Program-made: the position numbers and the translations under genes
Notes under the pieces: generated by a model
Databases searched by the model: none
Seen by the model: the letters and a program-made list of their open reading frames with translations, nothing else
Told to the model about the DNA's origin: nothing
Shown: positions 12,045 through 24,560 of the stretch, piece after piece
Position numbering within the stretch: the stretch's first letter is position 1
Layout of the letters: each line of letters starts with the position of its first letter
Assembly (NCBI RefSeq): GCF_001194135.2
Contig: NC_068995.1
Location: 45,713,907 to 45,777,906, forward strand
From: Octopus bimaculoides
Taxonomy: Eukaryota
DNA: 64,000 nucleotides
Direction of reading: 5' to 3'

Positions 12045-13694
12045 NNNNNNNNNNNNNNNNNNNNNNNNNNNNNNNNNNNNNNNNNNNNNNNNNNNNNNNN
12101 NNNNNNNNNNNNNNNNNNNNNNNNNNNNNNNNNNNNNNNNNNNNNNNNNNNNNNNNNNNNNNNNNNNNNNNNNNNNNNNNNNNNNNNNNNNNNNNNNNNN
12201 NNNNNNNNNNNNNNNNNNNNNNNNNNNNNNNNNNNNNNNNNNNNNNNNNNNNNNNNNNNNNNNNNNNNNNNNNNNNNNNNNNNNNNNNNNNNNNNNNNNN
12301 NNNNNNNNNNNNNNNNNNNNNNNNNNNNNNNNNNNNNNNNNNNNNNNNNNNNNNNNNNNNNNNNNNNNNNNNNNNNNNNNNNNNNNNNNNNNNNNNNNNN
12401 NNNNNNNNNNNNNNNNNNNNNNNNNNNNNNNNNNNNNNNNNNNNNNNNNNNNNNNNNNNNNNNNNNNNNNNNNNNNNNNNNNNNNNNNNNNNNNNNNNNN
12501 NNNNNNNNNNNNNNNNNNNNNNNNNNNNNNNNNNNNNNNNNNNNNNNNNNNNNNNNNNNNNNNNNNNNNNNNNNNNNNNNNNNNNNNNNNNNNNNNNNNN
12601 NNNNNNNNNNNNNNNNNNNNNNNNNNNNNNNNNNNNNNNNNNNNNNNNNNNNNNNNNNNNNNNNNNNNNNNNNNNNNNNNNNNNNNNNNNNNNNNNNNNN
12701 NNNNNNNNNNNNNNNNNNNNNNNNNNNNNNNNNNNNNNNNNNNNNNNNNNNNNNNNNNNNNNNNNNNNNNNNNNNNNNNNNNNNNNNNNNNNNNNNNNNN
12801 NNNNNNNNNNNNNNNNNNNNNNNNNNNNNNNNNNNNNNNNNNNNNNNNNNNNNNNNNNNNNNNNNNNNNNNNNNNNNNNNNNNNNNNNNNNNNNNNNNNN
12901 NNNNNNNNNNNNNNNNNNNNNNNNNNNNNNNNNNNNNNNNNNNNNNNNNNNNNNNNNNNNNNNNNNTATATATATATATATATATATATATAAATATAAA
13001 TATAAATATATATATATATATACATACACACGTACATACATACTTACACATTCATACTCACACATGCACACACACACACACCATATTGACATCTATAAAT
13101 TCATCTTATCATTATTATTGTTATTATTATTATTGGCAGAATAGGTGGAGAATTGGACAAAATGTCTTGCAGGACTTAGTCACTGGTACTTTATGTTCCA
13201 AGTACTTCAGTTGATAAAATAAAGTACCAATCAAGTAGTGAGAGGTGGTATAATCCACTGCTCCACTCCCCTGGAATTTCTGGCATATTTGCCAATGTTA
13301 GAAATTATTATTGTTGTCGTTGTTAAGGCGGTGAGCTGGCAGGGTTGTTACATCACCCCCCCCAATATTTGCTTGGTACGACCCCTGAAGGGCAAAGTCA
13401 ATCTCATTGGAATTTGATCTCAGAATGTAAGGAGCTGGCAGAAATGCAGCTTAGCTTTTTGTCCAAGGCAGTAAGGGTTCTGCCGTCTTTCTGCCTCGAT
13501 AATAATTCCTTCTATTAAAGGGGACTAGTTGATTACATCAACCCTTGGTGTTTCACCGGTACTTAATTTATCAACCTCGATAGTATGAGAGGCCAAGTCG
13601 GAATTTGAACTCAGAATATGAAGACGTACGAAATACTGCTAAGCATTTTGCTTGGCATGCTAACGAGTCTGCCAGCTTGCTACCTTAATTATGA

Positions 13695-13925
13695 TAATCC
13701 TTTCTACTATAGGCACAAATCCTGAAATTTGCAGGGGGAGGGGGGTTAGTCGATTACATTGACCCCAGTGTTTCGCTGGTACTTAATTTATCGACTCCAA
13801 AATGATGAAAGACAAAGTTGACGCTGGTGGAACTGGTGGAATTTGTACTCAGAACATTGCAGCAGACAAAATACCGCTAAGCATTTCACCTGGCGTGCTA
13901 ACGATTCTGCCAACTCGTTGCCTTA
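13695..13925 (-). mobile_element. tRNA-derived SINE, (ATT)n-tailed family
   Basis: Consensus ggcagaatcgttagc..gttcaaattccgcc..ctttcatcc..taagtaccag..gtagaaaggatt. Other copies at about 929-1074, 5925-6105, 13380-13685, 42930-43115, 45225-45600 and 48165-48935 (all -), and 15600-15830, 20200-20385, 28600-28795, 35500-36630, 37665-38080, 50635-50780 and 63565-63785 (all +). Confidence 0.85.
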
Positions 13926-14552
13926 ATTATAGTAGTAATAATAATAATAATAATGATGGTGATGTCAATACTCTCACAAACTCTTCCACCTCTTAAAATC
14001 CTGCTAAANNNNNNNNNNNNNNNNNNNNNNNNNNNNNNNNNNNNNNNNNNNNNNNNNNNNNNNNNNNNNNNNNNNNNNNNNNNNNNNNNNNNNNNNNNNN
14101 NNNNNNNNNNNNNNNNNNNNNNNNNNNNNNNNNNNNNNNNNNNNNNNNNNNNNNNNNNNNNNNNNNNNNNNNNNNNNNNNNNNNNNNNNNNNNNNNNNNN
14201 NNNNNNNNNNNNNNNNNNNNNNNNNNNNNNNNNNNNNNNNNNNNNNNNNNNNNNNNNNNNNNNTCCATGACTTCCTTATTGCTATTGCTGCTGCCACCAC
14301 CACCACCACCACCACCACCTGTACTACTGTACAGCTCCATCTCTGGATTCAGATTGTCTGGATTCAGATTGTCTGGATTCTGTAAAAGAGAAACAAAACA
14401 AAAAAAAAATCCAGCCTGCTTGTTTATTGTTTTTTCTTTTTGTTTTTTTCTGTGTGTGTATGTTTGTGTATATTTTATGCGTGTGTTGTGTCTACCTCTT
14501 TGGTCTGTTTATATTAAGTTGCCATTTTTTTCTGCTTTTTTCTTGCCTTCAG

Positions 14553-14647
14553 ATAGCCGAAGTAACGTTAGCTTCCAAAGTCCACCAGGCAGTGACGGGC
14601 CTCGTCCGATGGCCATTTTTGAGTTGTTAGATTATATCGTAAATGAG
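14553..14647 (+). CDS. MAP2K1: MEK1/2 coding exon (exon 8 equivalent)
   Basis: cttgccttcag|ATAGCC...AATGAG|gtacgt; 95 nt; (D)SRSNVSFQSPPGSDGPRPMAIFELLDYIVNE; a second in-frame acceptor lies at 14589. Confidence 0.93.
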
Positions 14648-15471
14648 GTACGTTGTGTGGGAAGAAAAAAAAAAAGAACAAAAGAAAAAAAAACACCGGT
14701 TTTCTTTATACTAACCCATATCATTTTTCTTCATCGATACATCATTCTTGCTATTTGACGCTCGTTACCACGGAGACCTCTATCTTTGGATGATTTCTTA
14801 TCGTCAACCACTTCTCTTCTTCGACACACTCCTGTTTGTTTCTGTCTGTCTGTGTAACTATTTGTTCAAACAGGTATAAACATATGTGTTCATGTGTGTG
14901 TGTATTTGTGTGCTCACACACATACACACACACACATTAGTGTGTATAGGTATATACTTATACACTGCACATGGGTTGTGCAGGTGTAGGTAGGGTTGCA
15001 TGGTTAAGACGTTTGGTTCACAATAACACAGTTTCTGGTTCAGTCCCATTGCACAGTATCTTGGGCAAGTGTTTTCTACTTTGGTTCCACACTGACCAAA
15101 GCCTTGTGAATGGATTTGCTGGATGGAAATTGAAAGTAGTCTGTTGTGTGTGTGTTTGTGTACACACACACACATGCTGCACTTGAACATTGTATACAAT
15201 AAGTTCATAGTTTTACACACACACACACACACACACTCAAAAATCCATCTCTCCAATTTCCCTAGCAAGGTTCAGGTTCATCTGAACCTTTAGAGAATGA
15301 CCCTTGCCCAAGAAACTACACAGAGGAATTGAACCAGAGACCTTATGGTTGGAATGTCAACTTGTTGATCATCCAGTCATGTTGCACCTGTATACATCAC
15401 CCATATATTATTTATACATATGGTCTCTGTTGTTACAACTAATTGTTGTAACAACAACAAAACACATAAAG

Positions 15472-15953
15472 CAGTGGTTCTCAACCATTTTTCACCTATG
15501 TACCCCTTTCATCCCTATTTTACTTGGGTGGATCCCCCATAGCCATTAGATGTTTTAAAAAAATCCTAATATATTTTTATGATATTATTAGGAATCGTAA
15601 GGTAGTGAATTGGCAGAATCATTAGCGCGCCAGGTAAAAAATGCTTAATGCCATTTCGACTGTCTTTATGTTCTGCGTTCAAATTCTGCCCAGGTCGACT
15701 TCACCATTCATCCTTTTGAGGTCAGTGAATTAAATACCAGTGAAACACTGGGGTTGATATAATGGACTTGTCCCCTCCCCACAAATCTCAGGCCTTGTGC
15801 TTTTAGTAGAAAGGATTATTAGGAATTGTATAAAAATTTGTTAAAATATTTTGTGCATTGTAGAAAGATAACCGATATATTGCTTATAAATTTTTACAAC
15901 AAAATCTTATATGGACCCTCAAGGGTCGTGTGGACTCCAGTTGAGAACAACTG
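15472..15953. mobile_element. hAT (Charlie-like) MITE with a nested SINE
   Basis: TIRs cagtggttctcaac / gttgagaacaactg; 8-bp flanks acataaag / atatatag (6/8 match); SINE at about 15600-15830 inside. Confidence 0.75.
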
Positions 15954-16666
15954 ATATATAGCATGTTTCTTCCTCTCCGTTGCATGTTCTAACATACCAT
16001 GAATGTCATCCAGAATTGTCTGCTCTGCTCTATTTTTCCTTCCTGTCACCTTATCCGTTTTCTCAGCCTCCTTTGCACTCATTTGTGTCACTGATTCCTG
16101 AAACCCACCAAATGCACTGTCTGTTGCATCATTAAGCATTATTCACCAACATTTAGTCATTACTCAACCAGTGGCGGGGAGTCTCTGTGCTGATACTTGA
16201 CCTGCTAATAATCTTAACTGTATTTCCCTCTGAACACACACTACTGTCTTAAAAAGAAGTGAAGGACACATTAAACGATGTACATTATCTCTGCACAAAA
16301 GATGGGATGGTCGTGTTTGGAATGCCTTTGATTATAAGCCTGCACAGTTAGAACTAACATGGAACTATATAAAGGTCTGAATGTCACATACCCCATAGTC
16401 TTGTTATATGATATGGATTGTATAAAAACTACAACACCAGTTGTGTGCATGTCTACACACATGTATGTTTACACATATATATACACACAGTATTGTGCAG
16501 AAGATTCTAGTGTTGAGTAACTGTCTCAGTACACATAATGGAGATTCACTTCTGCACAGGCAACATGGAACTATTCATCTTCCTCACTCACTGAGTATAC
16601 ACTGTGTGTGTATGTAGATGTATGTGAACACACACGCACACACACATATATCGTTGCTATTGTGTT

Positions 16667-16881
16667 AAACTGTCGTATGTCCAAATTTGGCCAAATGTGG
16701 GATTTTTTATTTTTTTTATTTTTTTTGCAAGATTTAATTTTACTTGAAATAGCTTGTTCTTTTGGTCAAACTATCGTATCTCCAGCTGCTTCAGATGCCA
16801 AGATATGAAAATTGTTGTGAAAGTGTAGTACAACGGCTTAGCATTTTTCAAAAGTGTAGTAAGCCCCACATACGACAGTTT
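16667..16881. mobile_element. Possible MITE or inverted-repeat element
   Basis: Perfect 14-bp inverted repeat aaactgtcgtatgt / acatacgacagttt about 190 bp apart; true termini not defined. Confidence 0.35.
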
Positions 16882-17305
16882 TGCAAAAATATTTCTGACT
16901 GAAAGATATCATTCAATGCATGGACTTATGATTTTATGCACCCAATAAAGTATTATTGTTAAGANNNNNNNNNNNNNNNNNNNNNNNNNNNNNNNNNNNN
17001 NNNNNNNNNNNNNNNNNNNNNNNNNNNNNNNNNNNNNNNNNNNNNNNNNNNNNNNNNNNNNNNNNNNNNNNNNNNNNNNNNNNNNNNNNNNNNNNNNNNN
17101 NNNNNNNNNNNNNNNNNNNNNNNNNNNNNNNNNNNNNNNNNNNNNNNNNNNNNNNNNNNNNNNNNNNNNNNNNNNNNNNNNNNNNNNNNNNNNNNNNNNN
17201 NNNNNNNNNNNNNNNNNNNNNNNNNNNNNNNNNNNNNNNNNNNNNNNNNNNNNNNNNNNNNNNNNNNNNNNNNNNNNNNNNNNNNNNNNNNNNNNNNNNN
17301 NNNNN

Positions 17306-17336
<31 letters not shown>

Positions 17337-17517
17337 ATCAACATTTAATGTCTATTTTCCATGTTGGCAAGGCCAGGAGCTGCACCAGGTTCCATAGTCT
17401 ATTTAGGAAGGGCATCCAGTTGTAGAAACAGTTGGATGCCCCTCCTAATGCCAACCACTTTACAGAGTGTACAGGGTGCATCACCAGTGCTTTTTACATG
17501 GCACCAAGCACCAATGG

Positions 17518-17565
<48 letters not shown>

Positions 17566-17780
17566 AAGGGCGTGTTGAAAAGTCCTTGGCTTTAAGGATA
17601 TCGGGAAAGCCCTGGTTGGAGGCCCAACCGTCCGAGTTCTTTTACAGGGTTTAGAAAAACTGAAGGACTGCTGCAATAAGTGTGTGAATCTGAGAGGGGA
17701 ATATGTTGAATCAAATCATAATTAACTGACCCAAACTCAGGAGTTTCTCAGCTACCACATAAGAAAATCAACCTTGAATA

Positions 17781-17927
17781 TTGGGCCTCATGGAAGCATA
17801 GCGGCTGAGTTCCTTTCAAGTGTTGGGCGTCATGGAGGCATAGTGGCTGAGTTTCTTTTGAGCGTTGGACCTCATTGAGGCAAGGTGGCTGAGTTCCTTT
17901 TGGGTGTTGGGCCTCACGGCGGCAAAG
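17781..17927 (+). repeat. 42-bp minisatellite running into an assembly gap
   Basis: Units start at 17781, 17823, 17865 and 17907 (ttgggcctcatggaggcatagtggctgagttcctttcaagtg-like). Confidence 0.85.
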
Positions 17928-19779
17928 NNNNNNNNNNNNNNNNNNNNNNNNNNNNNNNNNNNNNNNNNNNNNNNNNNNNNNNNNNNNNNNNNNNNNNNNN
18001 NNNNNNNNNNNNNNNNNNNNNNNNNNNNNNNNNNNNNNNNNNNNNNNNNNNNNNNNNNNNNNNNNNNNNNNNNNNNNNNNNNNNNNNNNNNNNNNNNNNN
18101 NNNNNNNNNNNNNNNNNNNNNNNNNNNNNNNNNNNNNNNNNNNNNNNNNNNNNNNNNNNNNNNNNNNNNNNNNNNNNNNNNNNNNNNNNNNNNNNNNNNN
18201 NNNNNNNNNNNNNNNNNNNNNNNNNNNNNNNNNNNNNNNNNNNNNNNNNNNNNNNNNNNNNNNNNNNNNNNNNNNNNNNNNNNNNNNNNNNNNNNNNNNN
18301 NNNNNNNNNNNNNNNNNNNNNNNNNNNNNNNNNNNNNNNNNNNNNNNNNNNNNNNNNNNNNNNNNNNNNNNNNNNNNNNNNNNNNNNNNNNNNNNNNNNN
18401 NNNNNNNNNNNNNNNNNNNNNNNNNNNNNNNNNNNNNNNNNNNNNNNNNNNNNNNNNNNNNNNNNNNNNNNNNNNNNNNNNNNNNNNNNNNNNNNNNNNN
18501 NNNNNNNNNNNNNNNNNNNNNNNNNNNNNNNNNNNNNNNNNNNNNNNNNNNNNNNNNNNNNNNNNNNNNNNNNNNNNNNNNNNNNNNNNNNNNNNNNNNN
18601 NNNNNNNNNNNNNNNNNNNNNNNNNNNNNNNNNNNNNNNNNNNNNNNNNNNNNNNNNNNNNNNNNNNNNNNNNNNNNNNNNNNNNNNNNNNNNNNNNNNN
18701 NNNNNNNNNNNNNNNNNNNNNNNNNNNNNNNNNNNNNNNNNNNNNNNNNNNNNNNNNNNNNNNNNNNNNNNNNNNNNNNNNNNNNNNNNNNNNNNNNNNN
18801 NNNNNNNNNNNNNNNNNNNNNNNNNNNNNNNNNNNNNNNNNNNNNNNNNNNNNNNNNNNNNNNNNNNNNNNNNNNNNNNNNNNNNTATATATATATATAT
18901 ATATATATGGATAGATGTACACTCGCACATGTAATCTATTTTGTGTGTGCAGCAAAAAACCTGTTCTTGTTAGACATTGGACATTTCTGCAAATGGCACT
19001 GGTTCAAGCCATAATGGTAATTGAAAAATGGTAAACACAGTTACCAACATAGTTTTGACCAGAGCAGTGTTGGTGTTGTGTTAGCTGTTGATGTGTTTAT
19101 CAAGAACAGTGAACAAGTGGGGTTTTTTTTTTTCCACACCATACATATATATATCCATATATATGAGCGTGTGTGTGTGTATATATCTCTATCTATCTAT
19201 CTATATATATATATATGTATATATATATGTAGTATTTTAATACTTGCTTTCTCCCTTCCTTTTTCATTGTTCTTTATCTCCTGTATTTCCAAATCTATGA
19301 TAATTTTCTAATCCAAGTTAATGCCAAAGATCGAGGTCTCCAAAATACGTTTTTTTTTCGTTTATTGTTTCATTTCAAAACTTCTTTATTTCACTTTTGA
19401 TTTTTTTTTTAAATACAATTTCTTTGTTCATTTCCATTTAAATTTCATAAATTTTTATTCTTGGTTATAATTTTTTAAAATTAATTTAATAACGACCATA
19501 TATTTTATTTTTCTATATTTGTTTAGATTTGTTTTATTTTTTTAACTTTTTTTTTTGTTTTGTTTATTAGTTTAGCATCTGCTTAATGAAATGGCTTTTC
19601 TAGTCATAATAGTAGCCATGACACAAGTTCTGTAGAATACCTCACACAGCCACCGTGTTTCGTCCCACTCCCACCTCCTCACATAGAAGCAGTTTTTTTT
19701 TTTTTTCACTGGCCTTAAAACTCTGAGTATATATGTCAACACATTGTCAAGATTTCACCAAATAATAATAATAACTCTT

Positions 19780-20144
19780 TTCTCTGGGATTTCCCAATCC
19801 AAACAGATCAGGTGCTAGAGTATAACAGACCGGACCTAGTGGTGGTGAACACTATATACCACTTGTGCTATATAGTTGATGTTGCGTGCCCCTTTGACCC
19901 ACGAATAGTCAAGAAGGCAGGCGAAAAAATAAATATATACAATTCTCTTAAGTACGAAATAGCCCGGCTATGGAAACTGAAGAAGGTGAAGATGGTGCCA
20001 ATTATTGTTGGTTCCTTGGGGACAGTATCAGAAGGCATCAAGAGGAATATAAAGGAAATCGGAATAGAGTGCCCGGTAGAACTGTTACAAAAGATTTGCC
20101 TCCTTGGCACGGCCAGAATAATCAGGAAAGTGTTAGAGAGTTGA
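19780..20144 (+). mobile_element. R4/Dong-clade non-LTR retrotransposon 3' fragment (restriction-like endonuclease domain)
   Basis: LWDFPIQTDQVLEYNRPDLVVV..IVDVACPFD..EK..Y..LKYEIARLW..VPIIVGSLG..LQKICLLGTARIIRKVL; 5' junction in (AAT)n. Confidence 0.85.
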
Positions 20145-23100
20145 AAAGAACAGATGGCATGGTATTGTAGGCTACAAGGAGTAAGCCTGCTATGCTTGCA
20201 AGAATCATTAGCAAACGGGACAAAATGCTTAGCAGCATTTCGTTAGTCGCCGAGGTCAACTTTGCCTTTCATCCTTTCAGGGTCGATAAAATAAGTACCA
20301 GTTGAATACTGGGGCTGATGCAATTGACTTACCCCTTCTCCCAAAATTGCTGGCCTTGTGCCAAAATTCGAAACCAATATATTGGTAGATATCAATCTGT
20401 TGGTCTCCAAAATTACGTTATTTATGTAAAGCCACTTCTCCATCGAGGTAATGTTACCATACTGTTGTAGTCCGAGATATACATAGCTAAAACACCTTTT
20501 ATCATAGGTCTGCCTCTTAAAAGCCAGTCTGGAGCTAAATAACTTTTACACTGCTCTTTTCTTACAAAAATAATTCTATTTATCGATAGCAATTTTATTG
20601 GTCAGTACTTGTTGCTGATGTGCCTCCACCCCCTCTCCCTGTCAATTAAGCTTATTACTATAAAGGTCACCATCTCTTAACACCCCGCTCCTATTGACAC
20701 AAACCCTAACCTTCATCCCTCTGCAATAAAATAAAACTTACATTAGCAGAACATTATAAATAACATGGGTAAACAAAATTATCAATTTTGTCCTTTCTCA
20801 ACAACCTTAGTGCCTGTGGAAATTCTGCAGTTATTTTGTAAGGTATAAAATTGTTAGAAGCTTTTAGAGAACCATGAAATATGTAATTTCTTTTGAAATA
20901 GTATTCATTCTTGAGAGTGCCTAAAGTTTACATACGTAGGTAGTACCAAAAGCGCAGTCTTAGGAGAGAACACCTTTGAAAACTACATTCTTTGTTATGC
21001 ACTTGTCAGCTCTGAAACATTAAAAGAACTATAGATGAAATGTTCATGAGAAAAGACTACTCCTCTTCTCTCAAAATATTTATCAGCCAAGTGTTTTATC
21101 AATAATGTAAATACTTGGGTACAATAGATTATGCTTTTGGTTTCTTTCCATAGTTGAAAAAAAGACAACAAAACTTTTTATTCTCTATAGGTTTACAATC
21201 GTATTAATGAATCTTGTCTTGAATAAAGTGAATTTTTTGATACTTCACTGGTCTGTATACACACATACATACATAAATATATATATACATACATATGTGT
21301 GTATGTATGTGTGTATACTCTAGGTATTCTTATTATAAAAATAATGTTAAATTATATAATTTATTCAAAGAATTTATCTCATTGTAAATATATATTTTTG
21401 TTATATCAAGGGTTGACACTGTACTCTGAGTTTCACCCCCCACCCTCACCCCTGGGGTTGGGCTTTTCATGAATGTATAAACAACTATCCACTCTACCCA
21501 ATCTATTGCATTCTGTATCAGATACTGTTTGCACCACATATAATTTATAATATATATATCTTTTAATGTATTTTTACAACTCTTAACGATAGAGTATATA
21601 ATTCTGAGTAGTACAAGTATTAACCGTCACTGCGGTGTGCAATGGAACACATTAGACAAATTGTATGTAAATGTCTTAACAGTTTATATATATGTATATA
21701 CAAAAGCATATGTATATATCTGTATATATAAAATACCTAATGTACTGGGCCCATATTTGTGGATAAACTTTGAATCAAATCTATGCATGTGAATGTATTT
21801 ACAATCATATATATATTATCTCATTGTGTATTGATCAGCTTTGTCAAGCCTTTCGTCTTTGCATGGGGAAGTGCCGCCAAAGGTGCAGGAATGGCTTCGT
21901 TACAACGCTCGTCTGGCATTCACGTCTTGTCCTTGCATGCAACCTACCTATTTACCTCTGTCGGTTGAAGGGCTCGAAGAGAGGGGTGAAGGGAGAAAAA
22001 AAAAAACCTATCTCATTCTATGTTATTTCTGTTGGTCCATCTTGGTATCATCATATTGAGAAAAGCATGAACACATCATCTTATCATCATATTGAGAAAA
22101 GCATGAACAACACAACATCCCATTGCTCTGCTCTTGTAAATATGAGACCTTGTGTCTAATGCTTCCAGATTTCCTTGCTGCCAATTGTTATTTTACTATA
22201 AAGGTTTTGAATGTCACCTCCTCCCCCTATATTCTATCTTCCCCCTCCTCGTAATACCATCGCTTTCTATTTTATACTCCCCTCCTTGTAATATCTCTCC
22301 TTTATATTTTATATTGTCTCTACCCACTACATTACTTTTACTGCTGTTCCTTCTATAATCTATAATGAATACCCTGCCCCCATTTTACCATTAATTACAC
22401 TTCTGTAATGTATATTACCCTTTTGTTTCATTATTAGTGTTTGTTAACGTCTCCCTTTCTTTATTGCTCCCCCCACTGTTTTACTGTTGTTTCTTAATGA
22501 CGTATCCCTTTTTAATATCTCCATCCGCTAACCTTAATATTGTTCTTGTTAAAATTAGCTCTGACAATTAAATTTCATTATTTTCAATCAAAATTACAAA
22601 AAGATTATTTATTGATAATATTAATTATTCGTTTATTCTCATTTGTCTTTCTGATTATGAAATGATAATTTTAAATGTAAAATATATATTGTGTGAGCAT
22701 ATGTGTGCGCGTGCAGTGTGTATGTATCTATGTATATATATCTTTTTAGATGATTGTTTTATTTACTTAATATTCGTTGTTACATTGTCTCTGTATGTTA
22801 TGTTTTGTGTATGCACACTTCCATGGAACATTCTGTAGCTTTGTGTGACGATTACTAAGATTTTGTTGGTGTTGTGTAACCCTTGGTGAGCTCTGGTCAG
22901 ACAATCCCAAGCTAGTCACAGTCAGTCAGCCAGATGACAAGACATGGACCCACAAATTCATCTTCCCAATTATACAGTATTACTTCGGTCCAGCTGATGA
23001 CCATCGACGCACAGTTTGATGGGCAGCAATGAATTGCTGCCCATTCCAACATGCAATGATGAATCACTTGGCGAGTACAGTGTAACAACCTGGACATGTT

Positions 23101-23649
23101 GCACACTCTCTGCTTCCCATTTCTGTACACCTGTGGAGACTGTGGATGGCCTCATTTGAGGTGGGCAAGGTGGAGCGAGTCAATGGAATAGTTGCTGTTT
23201 CCCTGCACTTACTGGTGGTGGTGGTGTGCATCTCGTTGCAGTATTTGGGACCAAAGGCAGTTGTTGATGTTGCATCTCTTTCTCTGAGGTAAGAAACTCT
23301 CAAGAGAGGTGAACAGCAGAAGGTCTTCAGAGCTGACCCCACTCCACCTCTCAGGAAAGTGCTTTGGCCCTTAATTTCTTATTCCGTAAGGGGGCCAGGC
23401 CACATTCAGGTCATGACACTTGGGTGCTCTTCTGCTGATAATTTTTTTTATCTACTTGGATACCAGAGACTTATGCATTTAAACTGCACCTTTCTGTTGA
23501 CTCAGTTTTCAAACTTATACTTAAAGAACATATAATGTTGGTTGTGAAACATCAACACTATCACTATGTAGGTGTGTGTGTGTGTTCTTTGTTTGGCTGA
23601 ATGAGAGTAGTAGTAATAGGAGTAGAAGTGCTCAGGATGTTGCTGTAAG

Positions 23650-24560
23650 TGTTCTTGGCTGTTTAAATGTTTGGAGGTGATTTATCCATGGGTTAAGCAC
23701 AAACCGTAGTTAAAGATTGTAGCTTACTGATGAAATTAAACTGTGCTCGTTGCATGCCCAGTTGGTCTTTTATTTTTGTTGTTTCTTTTTTTGTTTCATT
23801 GTATTGGTAGTGTGTAAACGTAGTCTGTGTACAACCAGTTATAATGTGTAGTGCGGTCTTTATTGTTCTTGCCACTTCCTTATGGCTTGTTTGTGGAGAG
23901 GGTGATTGGGTACTCAGGTAGGACTTGCGTAGTGTGTAATAATTTTAATGCATTGTTTGTACATCATTACAGTTGTTTTTTTCCTGTTGACCAAATGTGG
24001 TACCTGTAATTGTGCCGATTGTGTTTGTATTGGTTTGCTTTCTTTACCATGTCTGCTGTGTGTCAGTGTGTCGCGAAGGTGTTTCATATGGCACCTAGTA
24101 TTTTTATCTTTTTTTTTATTTGTGGCATGTTTACATTGACAAGTTTGATTGATGGCCGGGTGTATTCGGTGTTCTCGAGTGTTGCTTGTTGAAAGGGATT
24201 TGGTAGGGGCCACTTGGAGCTTGTTGTTTTTGTTATATTGCCAGGCTTCAAGGGGATTCTGTTTTTTAGAGTTGGAAGAATTGTTCAGCAATGTGTGGAG
24301 AATGATGAAAGGTCAGGGAATGTGATGTCATTGTTCATGCGAGGACAGGCTGTATGATTTGTGGAGTGTGTGGTATTGTGTAAACTCAGGTTGAAGAGAA
24401 TGGATGAAAAGCCAAACCTCTCTGGTACTTTACTCAGAAAACCTCCACTTCTGGAAGTGTTGTTCTTGCACATACATAGGGTTTGTAGCATAAGACACTT
24501 TTTGCAAGCCAGCATTTTTGTGTTGTTTCTTAAAATGGTAATGAGTTTTTTTATGTGAGT
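23650..24560 (-). mobile_element. Degenerate LINE ORF2 fragment (I/Jockey-like, post-RT region)
   Basis: Frameshifted minus-strand peptides GTTFGQQ..MMYKQ..IITHYASPT and IKTALHIITGCTQTT..HY resemble the region C-terminal to LINE RT; boundaries approximate. Confidence 0.6.

Noticed and set aside
19650-19700. GGACGAAAC on the minus strand as a hammerhead 3' half
   Set aside because: No CUGANGA upstream and no stem I pairing.
19780-20385. Hypothesis that Dong/R4 mobilises the (ATT)n-tailed SINE
   Set aside because: In sense orientation Dong abuts (TAA)n while the SINE abuts (TTA)n, the opposite strand, and I saw no shared 3' end.
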